A stretch of 32,000 bases of DNA from Candidatus Poseidoniaceae archaeon (GTDB taxonomy: Archaea; Thermoplasmatota; Poseidoniia; Poseidoniales; Poseidoniaceae). The translations under genes and the position numbers were made by a program. Where the stretch lies: contig CALSTM010000003.1 in the NCBI GenBank assembly GCA_943789275.1, positions 660,001-692,000 on the forward strand, read 5' to 3'. The notes under the pieces were generated by a model. It was not told the DNA's origin. It saw only the letters and a list, made by a program, of their open reading frames with translations, and did not search any database. This document shows, in pieces, positions 23,201 through 31,320 of the stretch (the first letter of the stretch is position 1; every line of letters starts with the position of its first letter).

Positions 23201-25855
23201 AACCAACCAAACCGAGCCGTTGGTCCCGCTCGGGTCTGGGTCGCTGTAGGTGTCGCCGTCTTCATCAGGGCATCCGTTTCTGTCACCGCTGGAAGTACCA
23301 AACACGGTCTTGCATCCGTCTGCGCCTTGGAACACGCTCCAACCACCAAGGTTGGTTTCTGCGTCGGAATAGGTGTCAGAATCTGTATCTGGGCAACCGT
23401 AACGGTCTCCCGAGGATGTTCCGGAGACGGCTATGCACGAATCAGGGTTGTTTCCGCCAAGGTTATCGCCGTATCCATCACCATCTTGGTCAGCCCATTG
23501 TGTAGGCTCATTGATGAAAACGTCAGCACCGTTTGCAATCGTCCAGTTGAAACTCGGGTCGGAATATCCGTCGCCATCGGTGTCCGGGCACCCCAGGCGG
23601 TCGATGGAAGAAGTTCCGAATGTGAATGCACACTGGTCGTCTTCATCGACGGTACCGTCCAAGTCAGCATCTTGTGTGAGGTTGACCATTTCGTAGCCAG
23701 AGTTGATGGCGACAGAAAAGAATTGAGGCCCTGAAGGAACCGATGTACCGATGATATGAATTTCCCATACGCCTTGAGCAGGAGAGCTAAAAGTCAGGCC
23801 TTTGAGATTGTTGATACTGTCAGAAAGGTTCGTCCATACTCCACTGGGGTCTTTAACCGCCAAATCCACATCGTTGACGAGGTTTGCAGATACAGTGGGG
23901 CTGCTGGTTTTATCGTTGTACGAAAGCATAACCTGCATGGTTGGTGCTGAAGTTGGAACGCTGACACTCCACCCTCGCTCATCACCAGTGCTTAGGGATT
24001 CACGGTCGACGAACGACGCAGAGATGGCACTCGAGAGGTTGATCCGTCCCCAACCCTCGTGATTGTTTGGTGCGGTTTGGCCAGCACCGTTCGTGACATC
24101 GTTGTACTGGCCAATCATATCGACCGAGGTTGCAGCAAATATGCCTTTGATAAGTGCTGATGAAGGGTTGGATACATTTTGGTTTTCGATGAGGTGTTGG
24201 AGTAAGAGCGCAGTTGCACCTGCTGATACGGGTGTTGCCATGCTCGTTCCACTCATGAAGGTGTAATTTCCACTGCCTCCTGCTCCCGGGTCGCGTGAAC
24301 GGGTGGAGAGAATATTAGTGCCCGGAGCGGAGAAATCTGGTTTCAAACGACCGTCATCGGTGGGTCCACGGGATGAAAAGGTGGCCATTCCAGAAATGTT
24401 GTTTGAGGCCCAAGTAGGCCATGAGCCGGTTGCATTGGAGCGGAGGTTTTCACTTGCACCAATCGATATGACGTTCTTTGCCGTCGCCGGAGAGCCCATG
24501 CTGTCTTCATCGATTTTACCGTCGCCATCAGCGTCGACTCCTTCGTTCGATGCAGCGAACATGATGACAAGTTCATCGTGTTCCAGCGCACTCAAGTCCG
24601 ATTGCATCGAACTTGTCGTGTAGAAGCCTGCAACACTTGAACCCCAAGAGTTCGTATGTACTCGGCTGCCGTTGGTAACTGCAAGGTCAAACATGTCGCC
24701 AAGGTCGTTTGGAATTCCTGCAAGGGTGCCACCGTGTTCAATAGCATGAACCAACAATTGTGCTTCTGGTGCCATACCTTGGACGTCCGGCCAAAGGGTT
24801 CCATCGCCAAGCACAGACCCAGCAACGTGGGTGCCGTGGCCGTGGTCATCGTTTGCACCGTCGTCGCATGAGCCGGGGTTACCTCCAGTCCACGCGCACT
24901 GTGAAGGCGGTATTGGGAAGGAAAGGATTCCTTTGATGTGGTCTTTGAAATCGGGGTGTGTGTTTGAGTTGTTAACGCCGTTATCAAGCCCAGTATCACC
25001 GACGGTGACAACAATGCCGCTTCCGTCAAGGCTTCCCCATCCGGGGTCACGAGCAGTCATAAAGGACGAATCTTGGAGGTCATCTGCATGAATGATGGTT
25101 GCCGCAACATCGTTGTTCAAAATGAAGTGAGGACTTGTTTCAATCCATTCAACTGCCCCGTTGGAAGCAAGCCATTCGATTCCTGAAGTTTCGGCTACCA
25201 GAGTGGCGAAGCGACCGGTGTGTGAGTCGAGTACCAGGTCGTCACGGTTTTCCAGGCCTTCAGGTAGTGCAGTACCCGAGAGGACAATGTTGACAATGGC
25301 TTTGCCTTCAACGGAATACGGGTTAAAAAATTGCTTTTCCTCTCCAAGAACTCCACGAACCAAGTCTTCTCTCAACTTGTCGACTGCATCGAGTTGTACC
25401 AATCCTTCAACATCAAGATTTTCCAGTTCGCCGGTTGTGTGGCTGTTCAGTTCGCATTGGAATCCGTTCGGAGGCATGAATGTGAAACAGTCGATTCCAG
25501 CATCTTCTAATTCGTAGAACCATTCAGTAGGAATTGGAGTTTCGTGCGTGAGGACAAACCACCCGCTGAGAGCGGAACCCTGCCCAGTCCATGCGGACCA
25601 ATCCTCAACTGCAACAACGCTTGCATCACGGTACAAAAGGCCGATTTCACCAACGCCATCACTTGAATCAAACCATCCATGTGCCGCTTCGGCACTTGGT
25701 GCAAGTCCAATTCCACTCAGCAGAGCCAAATCGACCTCCGTATCGATCACCACAGTTGGTGTTGGAGAGGGTGCTGCATAGGTTATTGGGGCCAATACTT
25801 GAATGAGCATCAGTGCAGAAAAAGTGATTGCACGCATACTTCGCTTGGTCGTCAT
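20231..25855 (-). CDS. Giant tail-anchored subtilisin-like (S8) serine protease with a TSP3-like calcium-binding repeat stalk
   Basis: Start placed at ATG 25855 (MTTKRSMRAITFSALMLIQVLAPITYAAP, signal-like). The triad motifs are VGDTGLD (D codon 24995-24997), HGHGTHVAG (H codon 24836-24838) and SGTSMATP (S codon 24242-24244). Fifteen DxDxDGDG-rich modules follow, then a TM (~20387-20455) and a cytoplasmic tail ending PPPPPPRA. Confidence 0.85.
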   Translation of the reverse strand: MTTKRSMRAITFSALMLIQVLAPITYAAPSPTPTVVIDTEVDLALLSGIGLAPSAEAAHGWFDSSDGVGEIGLLYRDASVVAVEDWSAWTGQGSALSGWFVLTHETPIPTEWFYELEDAGIDCFTFMPPNGFQCELNSHTTGELENLDVEGLVQLDAVDKLREDLVRGVLGEEKQFFNPYSVEGKAIVNIVLSGTALPEGLENRDDLVLDSHTGRFATLVAETSGIEWLASNGAVEWIETSPHFILNNDVAATIIHADDLQDSSFMTARDPGWGSLDGSGIVVTVGDTGLDNGVNNSNTHPDFKDHIKGILSFPIPPSQCAWTGGNPGSCDDGANDDHGHGTHVAGSVLGDGTLWPDVQGMAPEAQLLVHAIEHGGTLAGIPNDLGDMFDLAVTNGSRVHTNSWGSSVAGFYTTSSMQSDLSALEHDELVIMFAASNEGVDADGDGKIDEDSMGSPATAKNVISIGASENLRSNATGSWPTWASNNISGMATFSSRGPTDDGRLKPDFSAPGTNILSTRSRDPGAGGSGNYTFMSGTSMATPVSAGATALLLQHLIENQNVSNPSSALIKGIFAATSVDMIGQYNDVTNGAGQTAPNNHEGWGRINLSSAISASFVDRESLSTGDERGWSVSVPTSAPTMQVMLSYNDKTSSPTVSANLVNDVDLAVKDPSGVWTNLSDSINNLKGLTFSSPAQGVWEIHIIGTSVPSGPQFFSVAINSGYEMVNLTQDADLDGTVDEDDQCAFTFGTSSIDRLGCPDTDGDGYSDPSFNWTIANGADVFINEPTQWADQDGDGYGDNLGGNNPDSCIAVSGTSSGDRYGCPDTDSDTYSDAETNLGGWSVFQGADGCKTVFGTSSGDRNGCPDEDGDTYSDPDPSGTNGSVWLVSNGADAFLGDGTQWADSDGDGYGDNPPPASNSDDCPTVQGTSTADRTGCLDTDGDGYSDADSTVLAHPAGIADAFPNDATQWLDTDGDGYGDNQSGTNPDACINDGLALGAARSTIDRVGCPDSDEDGYSDYDAGWPAHPIGSADAFPLIPTQWNDTDADSYGDEPLGFNPDSCLTTHGSSSSDRFGCPDADGDSFSDPDPLGNNGSVWTTANGADVWPNEPTQWVDTDTDGFGDNPAGVFPDSCPNDAGSSSSDRYGCLDTDGDTYSDADAGYTVAQGADTHPNDPLRWSDEDGDGIDNQVDDDCPDFWGNSTVDRTGCPDTDGDGVSDADPNWTPTDNGSDAFKTDPTQSTDSDGDGFGDNATGNLADDCPNENGDSWQNNVLGCLDNDQDGWANIIDSHMNDSSQWSDADGDGFGDNLGGTTPDACPTLSGNSTMGNRMGCPDTDGDGWDDVFDQLPNLAHQWLDQDGDGYGDNATGPQPDACPGVAGNSTLDRFGCIDSDGDGMSNESDAFPNDPTRTQDTDGDGFDDLEDDCISQAGNSTQDRKACPDTDGDGYSDPTMPENGNPGWNSSDGADALPFEPTQWADQDGDGYGDNASGFQPDSCPTVEGYSSVDIFGCYDEDNDGSSQNGDAFPDDPTQWLDADGDGYGDNPNGSQPDNCTSTFGTSTIDVFGCLDGDGDGASNTNDLWLNDSTQWFDSDGDTWGDNPQGTDGDACPDEFGTASLGTSRGCVDSDGDKYADINDDFPSEPTQWLDSDGDGWGENLSTGAIKPDHWPNDPTRNAAEGSITCSPVSIDLDLAAEDYFSFSCSIVSALPNVTIRAEWQPISSIIGATQVQVLTFTETTGDTQVAVFTGEGRNAGEFQLFVSIREPGADVAMDSGSVRLNVFDSRIVDEDSLIIDDANAFNKVMEMPIVQALIGGLVLFFLMGMLMIRGKASEARLAEQREERAREVLTARYNRINDTSQVRHGMDMRGGVPPPPPPRA
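20891..23671 (-). repeat. Diverged tandem coding repeat array (15 TSP3-like modules, 41-73 aa each) inside the giant protease gene
   Basis: The protein-level consensus is D-x-C-x(5)-G-x-S-x(2)-D-R-x-G-C-x-D-x-D-G-D-G-Y-S-D ... P-T-Q-W-x-D-x-D-G-D-G-Y-G-D-N. Related ~40-nt DNA cores recur, for example around 21243, 21410, 22925 and 23465. Confidence 0.8.
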
Positions 25856-25973
25856 AGTGTACCTCAGTCGCGGCTCCCTCATGAATGATTTGATTGAACG
25901 CCTAATTTTTCGAACCATGTGGTCGTACTGATGATACCGAGGGTTGAAGAGCATCGCATACTGCGAGTGGTTT

Positions 25974-27842
25974 ATGTCGCGACGCTCAAACCGTGGTCCG
26001 AAGGTCGAAACGCTCGAACCTGAAGAGTTGAATGAAAGCGTGCAAGTTCTTGGCAAGCAAGTTTGGAGGGTTGTTCCCTATGCCTTCCGCTATCCTCGCC
26101 GGCTCTTGGCTGGGTTCATCGGTAATGCGTGTGCTCGCGTTGTCGATTTGGTGCCCTTCGTAGCCATTGGATGGGCAGTTGATTACTTCACATCGGATGT
26201 CATGGTCGGGCCAATGCTCGTTCAAAACGCCGTTAATTCCATTCATGCAGAACCTGCAGTTGGTTACGGTGTCATGATTTTCATGGGCTTTGTTATGCTC
26301 GCTTTCTTCCAAGGGGTCTCCGAATATTCTTGGCAAACGCTCGGCTACAACATCCAGCACGACTTGCGTATGGACGCCACGCGTTCACTCATCGCCATGG
26401 AGGCTTCGTATTACGACATGCGCCAAACAGGCCAACTGATGTCGGTTTTGTCCAGTGATGTCAACCAGTTGGAAGACGTCGTTTCGGACTCTTCGACATC
26501 GATTATACGGATTGTTTTCACGTTCCTTACCGCTTTTGTTATTCTCGCTTCGATGTCACTGAAATTAGCAGGAATCTTGTTTGGCCCTATTCTGTTCATT
26601 ATTCCTTGCGTCTATTGGTTCTCGACCCGAGTTCAGCGTAAATATCGCAAACAACGAGAGTCGACTGGAGACATTCATGCCGTTCTTGAGAACTTGATTT
26701 CTGGAATTTCAGTTGTCCAAGCCTACAACGCTCAAACATGGGAATCCGAGCGAGTCGCTCGTGAATCCGGTAACTATCGTGACCAAGCCATGGGTGCGAG
26801 CCGAGACCGAAATCGGTTTTTACCGATGATTTACGTTATTGCAGGAATTGCATTTGGTCTTCTTGTCACCGCAGGTGGCTGGTTGGCAGGTGAGGGTGAA
26901 ATCTCGACCGGTGAACTGGTGACCTTCTTACTGATCAGCACTCGAATGACCATGCCGATGTTTATCTTTGGTATCCTCATCAACCAACTTCAACGAGGCG
27001 AAGCAGCAGCAAAGCGAGTCTTTGCAACCATTGACCTTGAGCCGACAATCTTCGACCAACCGGATGCCATCGAATTGAACACACCGATTACCTCAGTTGA
27101 ATTCCGTGATGTTCATTTCACCTATCCTGGCACCTCCATCACGGTCTTGAGTGGCATTTCGTTCAAGGCAGAAGGTGGGGATTTCCTTGGCGTCATGGGT
27201 CACACCGGCGCTGGAAAGACAACCATTCTCAAGCTTTTGATGCGTTACTATGTGCCTGACAGCGGTGATGTACTCATCAACGGTCAATCGCTGAACAATT
27301 TCACGCTTCACTCCGTTCGTGATAAGATTGGGTTCGTCAGCCAGGAACCGTTCCTGTTCTACGGCACGGTAAGTGATAACGTAAGGTACAACCAAGAATC
27401 TACAGATGAGGAATTGAACGCAGCCCTGAAACTCGCAGGTGCGTGGGACTTTATCCAAGAGTTGGAAAACGGTTTGGACACCATGGTCGGTGACCGTGGC
27501 GCTAAACTCAGTGGAGGCCAGCGTGCTCGCGTATCGTTGGCTCGTGCACTCCTCAAGCAACCAAGTTTGTTGATTTTAGACGAAGCCTCCAGTGCTCTGG
27601 ATGCAGAGACTGAACGTCGAATACAGGAAAACCTCCTCGCCAGCGGCAGCGACCGTGCGACCATTGCCGTAGCGCATCGTTTGAGCACCATTCGAAACGC
27701 CAACGAGATTCTAGCCATGGTCGATGGTGCGGTCGTCGAACGAGGCTTGCACGATGACTTGGTTGAAGCGGAAGGCGTCTATGCCAGCCAGTGGACCATT
27801 CAAACCGGTGACATGGCTGGGTTGACAGACGCCGACGAGTGA
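25974..27842 (+). CDS. ABC exporter, fused permease plus ATPase (MsbA/MdlB-like type I exporter half-transporter)
   Basis: The track start 25944 is TTG; ATG is at 25974. The N-terminal ~330 aa carry about 6 TM helices. The NBD has Walker A GHTGAGKTT, the signature LSGGQRARV, Walker B LLILDEASSALD and the H-loop IAVAHRL. Confidence 0.9.
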   Translation: MSRRSNRGPKVETLEPEELNESVQVLGKQVWRVVPYAFRYPRRLLAGFIGNACARVVDLVPFVAIGWAVDYFTSDVMVGPMLVQNAVNSIHAEPAVGYGVMIFMGFVMLAFFQGVSEYSWQTLGYNIQHDLRMDATRSLIAMEASYYDMRQTGQLMSVLSSDVNQLEDVVSDSSTSIIRIVFTFLTAFVILASMSLKLAGILFGPILFIIPCVYWFSTRVQRKYRKQRESTGDIHAVLENLISGISVVQAYNAQTWESERVARESGNYRDQAMGASRDRNRFLPMIYVIAGIAFGLLVTAGGWLAGEGEISTGELVTFLLISTRMTMPMFIFGILINQLQRGEAAAKRVFATIDLEPTIFDQPDAIELNTPITSVEFRDVHFTYPGTSITVLSGISFKAEGGDFLGVMGHTGAGKTTILKLLMRYYVPDSGDVLINGQSLNNFTLHSVRDKIGFVSQEPFLFYGTVSDNVRYNQESTDEELNAALKLAGAWDFIQELENGLDTMVGDRGAKLSGGQRARVSLARALLKQPSLLILDEASSALDAETERRIQENLLASGSDRATIAVAHRLSTIRNANEILAMVDGAVVERGLHDDLVEAEGVYASQWTIQTGDMAGLTDADE

Positions 27843-27844
27843 TT

Positions 27845-28180
27845 TCACAAACGCTCTCGAATCGGTCGCAGAACTGTTGTCTCGACGGATTTATTCTTGC
27901 CGTTGTCCATCAATCGGTCTCCAAAAAGAATCCCCATTGAAATCAAAATGAACAACGGGATTCCAATGATGAGCGACCAAATGGCCATCGATAAATTGTA
28001 GAGGAAGTAACTCTCCATGATTTCGGAAATCGCAATGATGGCGATGAACAGGACCACTCGACTCACGACGAGGCTGAAACGGATAAGTGCCCAGATTTCA
28101 TCCTCATCGGTAAGGTCATCTGGTGTGTCAAGGTCGGCAAACCGTTGTTGAATTCGACTCGCCATACCTCGCCTTGACAT
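27845..28180 (-). CDS. Small membrane protein (2-3 TM), unknown function
   Basis: 111 aa with an acidic N-terminus followed by the hydrophobic segments FSLVVSRVVLFIAIIAI and AIWSLIIGIPLFILISMGILF. It is co-oriented with the GT2 gene 63 nt upstream. A TATA-like TAAATTAA lies in the gap. Confidence 0.5.
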   Translation of the reverse strand: MSRRGMASRIQQRFADLDTPDDLTDEDEIWALIRFSLVVSRVVLFIAIIAISEIMESYFLYNLSMAIWSLIIGIPLFILISMGILFGDRLMDNGKNKSVETTVLRPIRERL

Positions 28181-28243
28181 TCATCTCGACTAATGCTTTC
28201 CCCTTAATTTAGAGCGGGAAAGGTGATTTGCGTACGTCACGCT

Positions 28244-29407
28244 TCAAGCCGTTCGGATTCGATCATCAATTTGAGCGCCTTCTCCGGCTCTTCCGCCGGT
28301 ACGTCGAATCTCTCTCCATGCCTTGATGACACCTTGGCCGTACGCCCATTGAGCGAGGAAGACAAACAACGGTGCCAAGAAGACCGTTCCAATCGAGCGG
28401 TGGGGTGAAGTTCCTATGGCTGCGCCGAGCCAACTTATCGCGATGTAGATGCAAATAAGGCCGAGCGGTATATGGAATGCAACTCGTGAGATATCCCATT
28501 CTCCGGACAGTGAAAACCAGAGGTCAGCATCTGCTCCACCCGTAAGGCCGCCATAGAGCATGGCGAGCAGCGCCGTCACCACGATGACCGGAAAGAAACC
28601 GATTGCAGTATGGGACCATGCGGAAATCTCAGGCCAGCGTTTGTTCGCAACCATTCGGGTGTATCCGTAGTTTCGCATTTGCTTCATGTAGGGTTTGAAC
28701 GGTCGGCGTCGGCGGTGCGGCATAACGTTGGATGGGTCGATGAACAACTTGTGTCCAGCTCGCTGGATTTTTGCATCCAAAACGACATCCTCAGCACCAA
28801 TGCATCCGGGCTCAAAGAAATCCACTTCACGTAGATTCGCCATTCGGTGGGCACAATTCACTCCAGGATTGTGGGTGATGGGGACAAGTTCGCCTTTGGG
28901 CTGAGCGCCGTAGCGGGTGCCGGCTGTCATGAACTTGGTACAGAACGCTACATCGGCGCACTTGGCACCAAATGGGTCGTCGTCCGGAGCAAAATTTGGT
29001 CCACCGACTGCGCCAACTTCAGGGTTGTCGAACCAGCGAACGAGTTTCTCGACCCAGTCCAGAGGTGGCACGGTGTCGTCATCGGTGAACAATACGAGGT
29101 CGTGGTCCATTTGTCGCAAAGCGAAGTTACAGGCATCTGCACGGTTGCGAGACGGGTCTTCAATCCACGTTGCGCCGTATTTTTCACACACGTCTTTCGT
29201 GTGGTCTTTTGATTTTGAATCAGAAATGATGACTTCAAAATGCGAGTACGATTGCTTTGCCAGTCGACCGAGGACGATGTCAAGTTCATCTGCATTGTTG
29301 ATGGTCGGTATCAATACGGCGATTTTGAACGCCTTACCGTCTTCTTTGAGCAGCGGTGCCACGGAGCCTGATGCTTCGCCCATGGGCTGTGGAGTTGGGC
29401 CGCCCAT
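28244..29407 (-). CDS. Family 2 glycosyltransferase with a C-terminal multi-TM domain
   Basis: 387 aa. The GT-A start is IAVLIPTINNADEL, followed by ISDSKSKDHT and the DxD-type motif LFTDDDTV. About 4 C-terminal TM helices follow. The architecture resembles dolichol-phosphate sugar synthases and membrane GT2 enzymes. Confidence 0.8.
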   Translation of the reverse strand: MGGPTPQPMGEASGSVAPLLKEDGKAFKIAVLIPTINNADELDIVLGRLAKQSYSHFEVIISDSKSKDHTKDVCEKYGATWIEDPSRNRADACNFALRQMDHDLVLFTDDDTVPPLDWVEKLVRWFDNPEVGAVGGPNFAPDDDPFGAKCADVAFCTKFMTAGTRYGAQPKGELVPITHNPGVNCAHRMANLREVDFFEPGCIGAEDVVLDAKIQRAGHKLFIDPSNVMPHRRRRPFKPYMKQMRNYGYTRMVANKRWPEISAWSHTAIGFFPVIVVTALLAMLYGGLTGGADADLWFSLSGEWDISRVAFHIPLGLICIYIAISWLGAAIGTSPHRSIGTVFLAPLFVFLAQWAYGQGVIKAWREIRRTGGRAGEGAQIDDRIRTA

Positions 29408-29435
29408 ATCAAGTCAAGGGCGTTCAACTTGCGAT

Positions 29436-30350
29436 TCAAGATGAAATTGCGCTTGATGTGTCGATGGTCTTACCGGCTTGAGTGTCGGTAATGGTAATGT
29501 CGACTTTACAAGGTTCGGTTCCATCGCAAAGCTGTGTGTTTTGCTCGCTGATGGTAATTCCTTCGCCAACGCCCCATTCTTGGTCGCTGGTGTCAGATCC
29601 AAAGTCAACGTAGACACATTCACGGTCGCCGCTGTCCTTGTCACAAGTAATTGGTGCGCCATCGTTGATGGAGACCGAAACTGAGACTGCTGCCCAGTTA
29701 ATTGCTTGTCCTTGGTTCATGGTCATACGAACGAGGCTGTCGTCAGTGGCGGTGGAAGGTTGCCCTTCGATTGCTCCATCTGCAGTGAATGCAAACTCGG
29801 TTGATGCAGTATTGTTTTCATATTCCCTTTCAACTATGACCTCGAGGATAGATGCATGACCTGCTCCATGCGTATCGATGGCAATGAAGGCAACCTGTGA
29901 ATAGTAAGAGTGTTCAGTGATTCCTGTGTCGGACAGGTATCCGGTACTATCGATACCCACAAAGGAGTTCCATTGGCTTATTGGAATGTATACATTTGTG
30001 AATCCGGCAGGAGAGGTTGCTGTAATATCGATTGTCCCATCCAAGTTGATGTCCCATCCCAACGTCATCATATCGCCATCGATATCTACTGCAGAGTGAT
30101 AGAGTTCAACATCGAACCCATGCAAGGTTTCGACTCCTGTGGTTGCATTCGTAGAATTATCAGTTGCCGCATTCATCATTCCAACCGTGTTGAGTAATTC
30201 TGATAACTCAATTATTGGTGAATGATTTGTTAAGTTTGTAGCCTGTCCATCCGCTTCAGGAGTGATTGTATCGTCTGTTACTCCGAAACATCCAGTCAAA
30301 AACAAAAGGCATGCGAGAGTAATCACGTTGATTGTGCGAGTTGGGTTCAT
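29436..30350 (-). CDS. Secreted putative lipoprotein, unknown function
   Basis: 304 aa. The N-terminus MNPTRTINVITLACLLFLTGC carries a lipobox-like L-T-G-C. The body is acidic and Thr/Asp-rich, with a C-terminal beta-rich domain containing 4 Cys. The gene lies 28 nt upstream of the GT2 gene on the same strand. Confidence 0.65.
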   Translation of the reverse strand: MNPTRTINVITLACLLFLTGCFGVTDDTITPEADGQATNLTNHSPIIELSELLNTVGMMNAATDNSTNATTGVETLHGFDVELYHSAVDIDGDMMTLGWDINLDGTIDITATSPAGFTNVYIPISQWNSFVGIDSTGYLSDTGITEHSYYSQVAFIAIDTHGAGHASILEVIVEREYENNTASTEFAFTADGAIEGQPSTATDDSLVRMTMNQGQAINWAAVSVSVSINDGAPITCDKDSGDRECVYVDFGSDTSDQEWGVGEGITISEQNTQLCDGTEPCKVDITITDTQAGKTIDTSSAISS

Positions 30351-30512
30351 ACTTCGTGTTTTGACGAAGATAACATAAGGTTACCTCTACTACATGCGCG
30401 GTAAATGAGGTTTTTAGAAAATACCGCGGCGGACGGGGTGCTTTTTACGCATCCGAGATGTTAAGTTCATAAGCCGTCGAAGAAGCAGACTAATTGGAGA
30501 GGGGTGTATCTC

Positions 30513-31253
30513 ATGTTGAACGTCACGGCCCGACAGGACTTGATGAGCAAAATTATCGAAACGCTGAATGTAGTAGTAGAAGATGCAAGGTTTGATTTTG
30601 GCGAAAATGGATTACAAGTCCGTGTCGTCGACCCATCACACGTTGCCATGATTCAAATGGACATCGACGCTGCTGCCTTTGACACTTGGGAACTTGATTC
30701 GACAAGCCTAGGTCTCGAGATTCGAAAAATCAAGGAATTGGTCAGTTTGGGAGGTCCTACCGACCTCATCGAAATGGCGTACGGTGACGAGACCGGTGTC
30801 CTTACCGTAAACCTCGGCAAGATTGACCGTAACATTCGTCCATTGGACAACTCAACCATGACGCCTCCTACGCTACCTGCGCTGGAATTGCCGTGCAAAG
30901 TGACCATATCAGGTGCTGATTTCACACAAGCATTGCGAGCTGCTCGTCAAGTTGGAGACCTCGTCAATTTCAGTATCGATGAAAATTCTTTCACCGTCCA
31001 TGTCCAAGGCTCAACCGATTCAGTAACCGTTGCTTTCGACAAAGAGGAATTGCAACACATTGAATGCGATGCTCCTGCACGAAGCCAATATTCCCTCACT
31101 TATCTGGTTCCATTGTCGAAAATCTTCGGCAACATCCAATCGGTACACATTGGCTTTGGGGAGAACTACCCGCTTTCCATGTCCTTTAGTTTCCATGATG
31201 GCGCTGCTGAGATCCAGTACTTCCTTGCGCCACGTGTTGAAAACGACATGTGA
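30513..31253 (+). CDS. pcn: DNA polymerase sliding clamp PCNA
   Basis: The track start 30504 is GTG; ATG is at 30513, with an upstream GAGGGGTG Shine-Dalgarno-like motif. The 246-aa product starts IIETLNVVVEDARFDFGENGLQVRVVDPSHVAMIQMDI. Its two-domain length and this N-terminus are typical of archaeal PCNA. Confidence 0.85.
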   Translation: MLNVTARQDLMSKIIETLNVVVEDARFDFGENGLQVRVVDPSHVAMIQMDIDAAAFDTWELDSTSLGLEIRKIKELVSLGGPTDLIEMAYGDETGVLTVNLGKIDRNIRPLDNSTMTPPTLPALELPCKVTISGADFTQALRAARQVGDLVNFSIDENSFTVHVQGSTDSVTVAFDKEELQHIECDAPARSQYSLTYLVPLSKIFGNIQSVHIGFGENYPLSMSFSFHDGAAEIQYFLAPRVENDM

Positions 31254-31320
31254 TGCCAACTCAAGTTGGTTCAACAACGACGGTTGCTCATTTGAGCTTT
31301 GTATGAATTGGCCGAAAGGC

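Noticed and set aside
20891-23671. Periodic DNA repeats that could be mistaken for a CRISPR or satellite array
   Set aside because: The period is variable (123-219 nt) and the units are diverged. The whole array sits in one uninterrupted reading frame encoding a coherent repeat protein. There is no repeat-spacer structure and no cas genes.
20805-23734. Long ORFs in other frames or antisense within the giant gene (for example 21004..21768 +, 21118..21858 -, 21991..22875 -, 22919..23734 +, 22879..23349 -)
   Set aside because: They lie entirely inside the Asp/Gly-codon-rich repeat array, where GAY/GGN periodicity suppresses stop codons in several frames. Their translations are low-complexity (R/H/P/T-rich) and lack starts with any regulatory context. 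They are shadow ORFs.
20231-27842. Type I secretion-like pairing of a Ca-binding repeat giant protein with a divergent ABC exporter
   Set aside because: The giant protein has an N-terminal Sec-type signal and a C-terminal TM anchor rather than a C-terminal T1SS signal. The repeats are TSP3-like, not RTX GGxGxD. No membrane-fusion or outer-membrane components exist or would be expected in an archaeon. Adjacency alone is insufficient.
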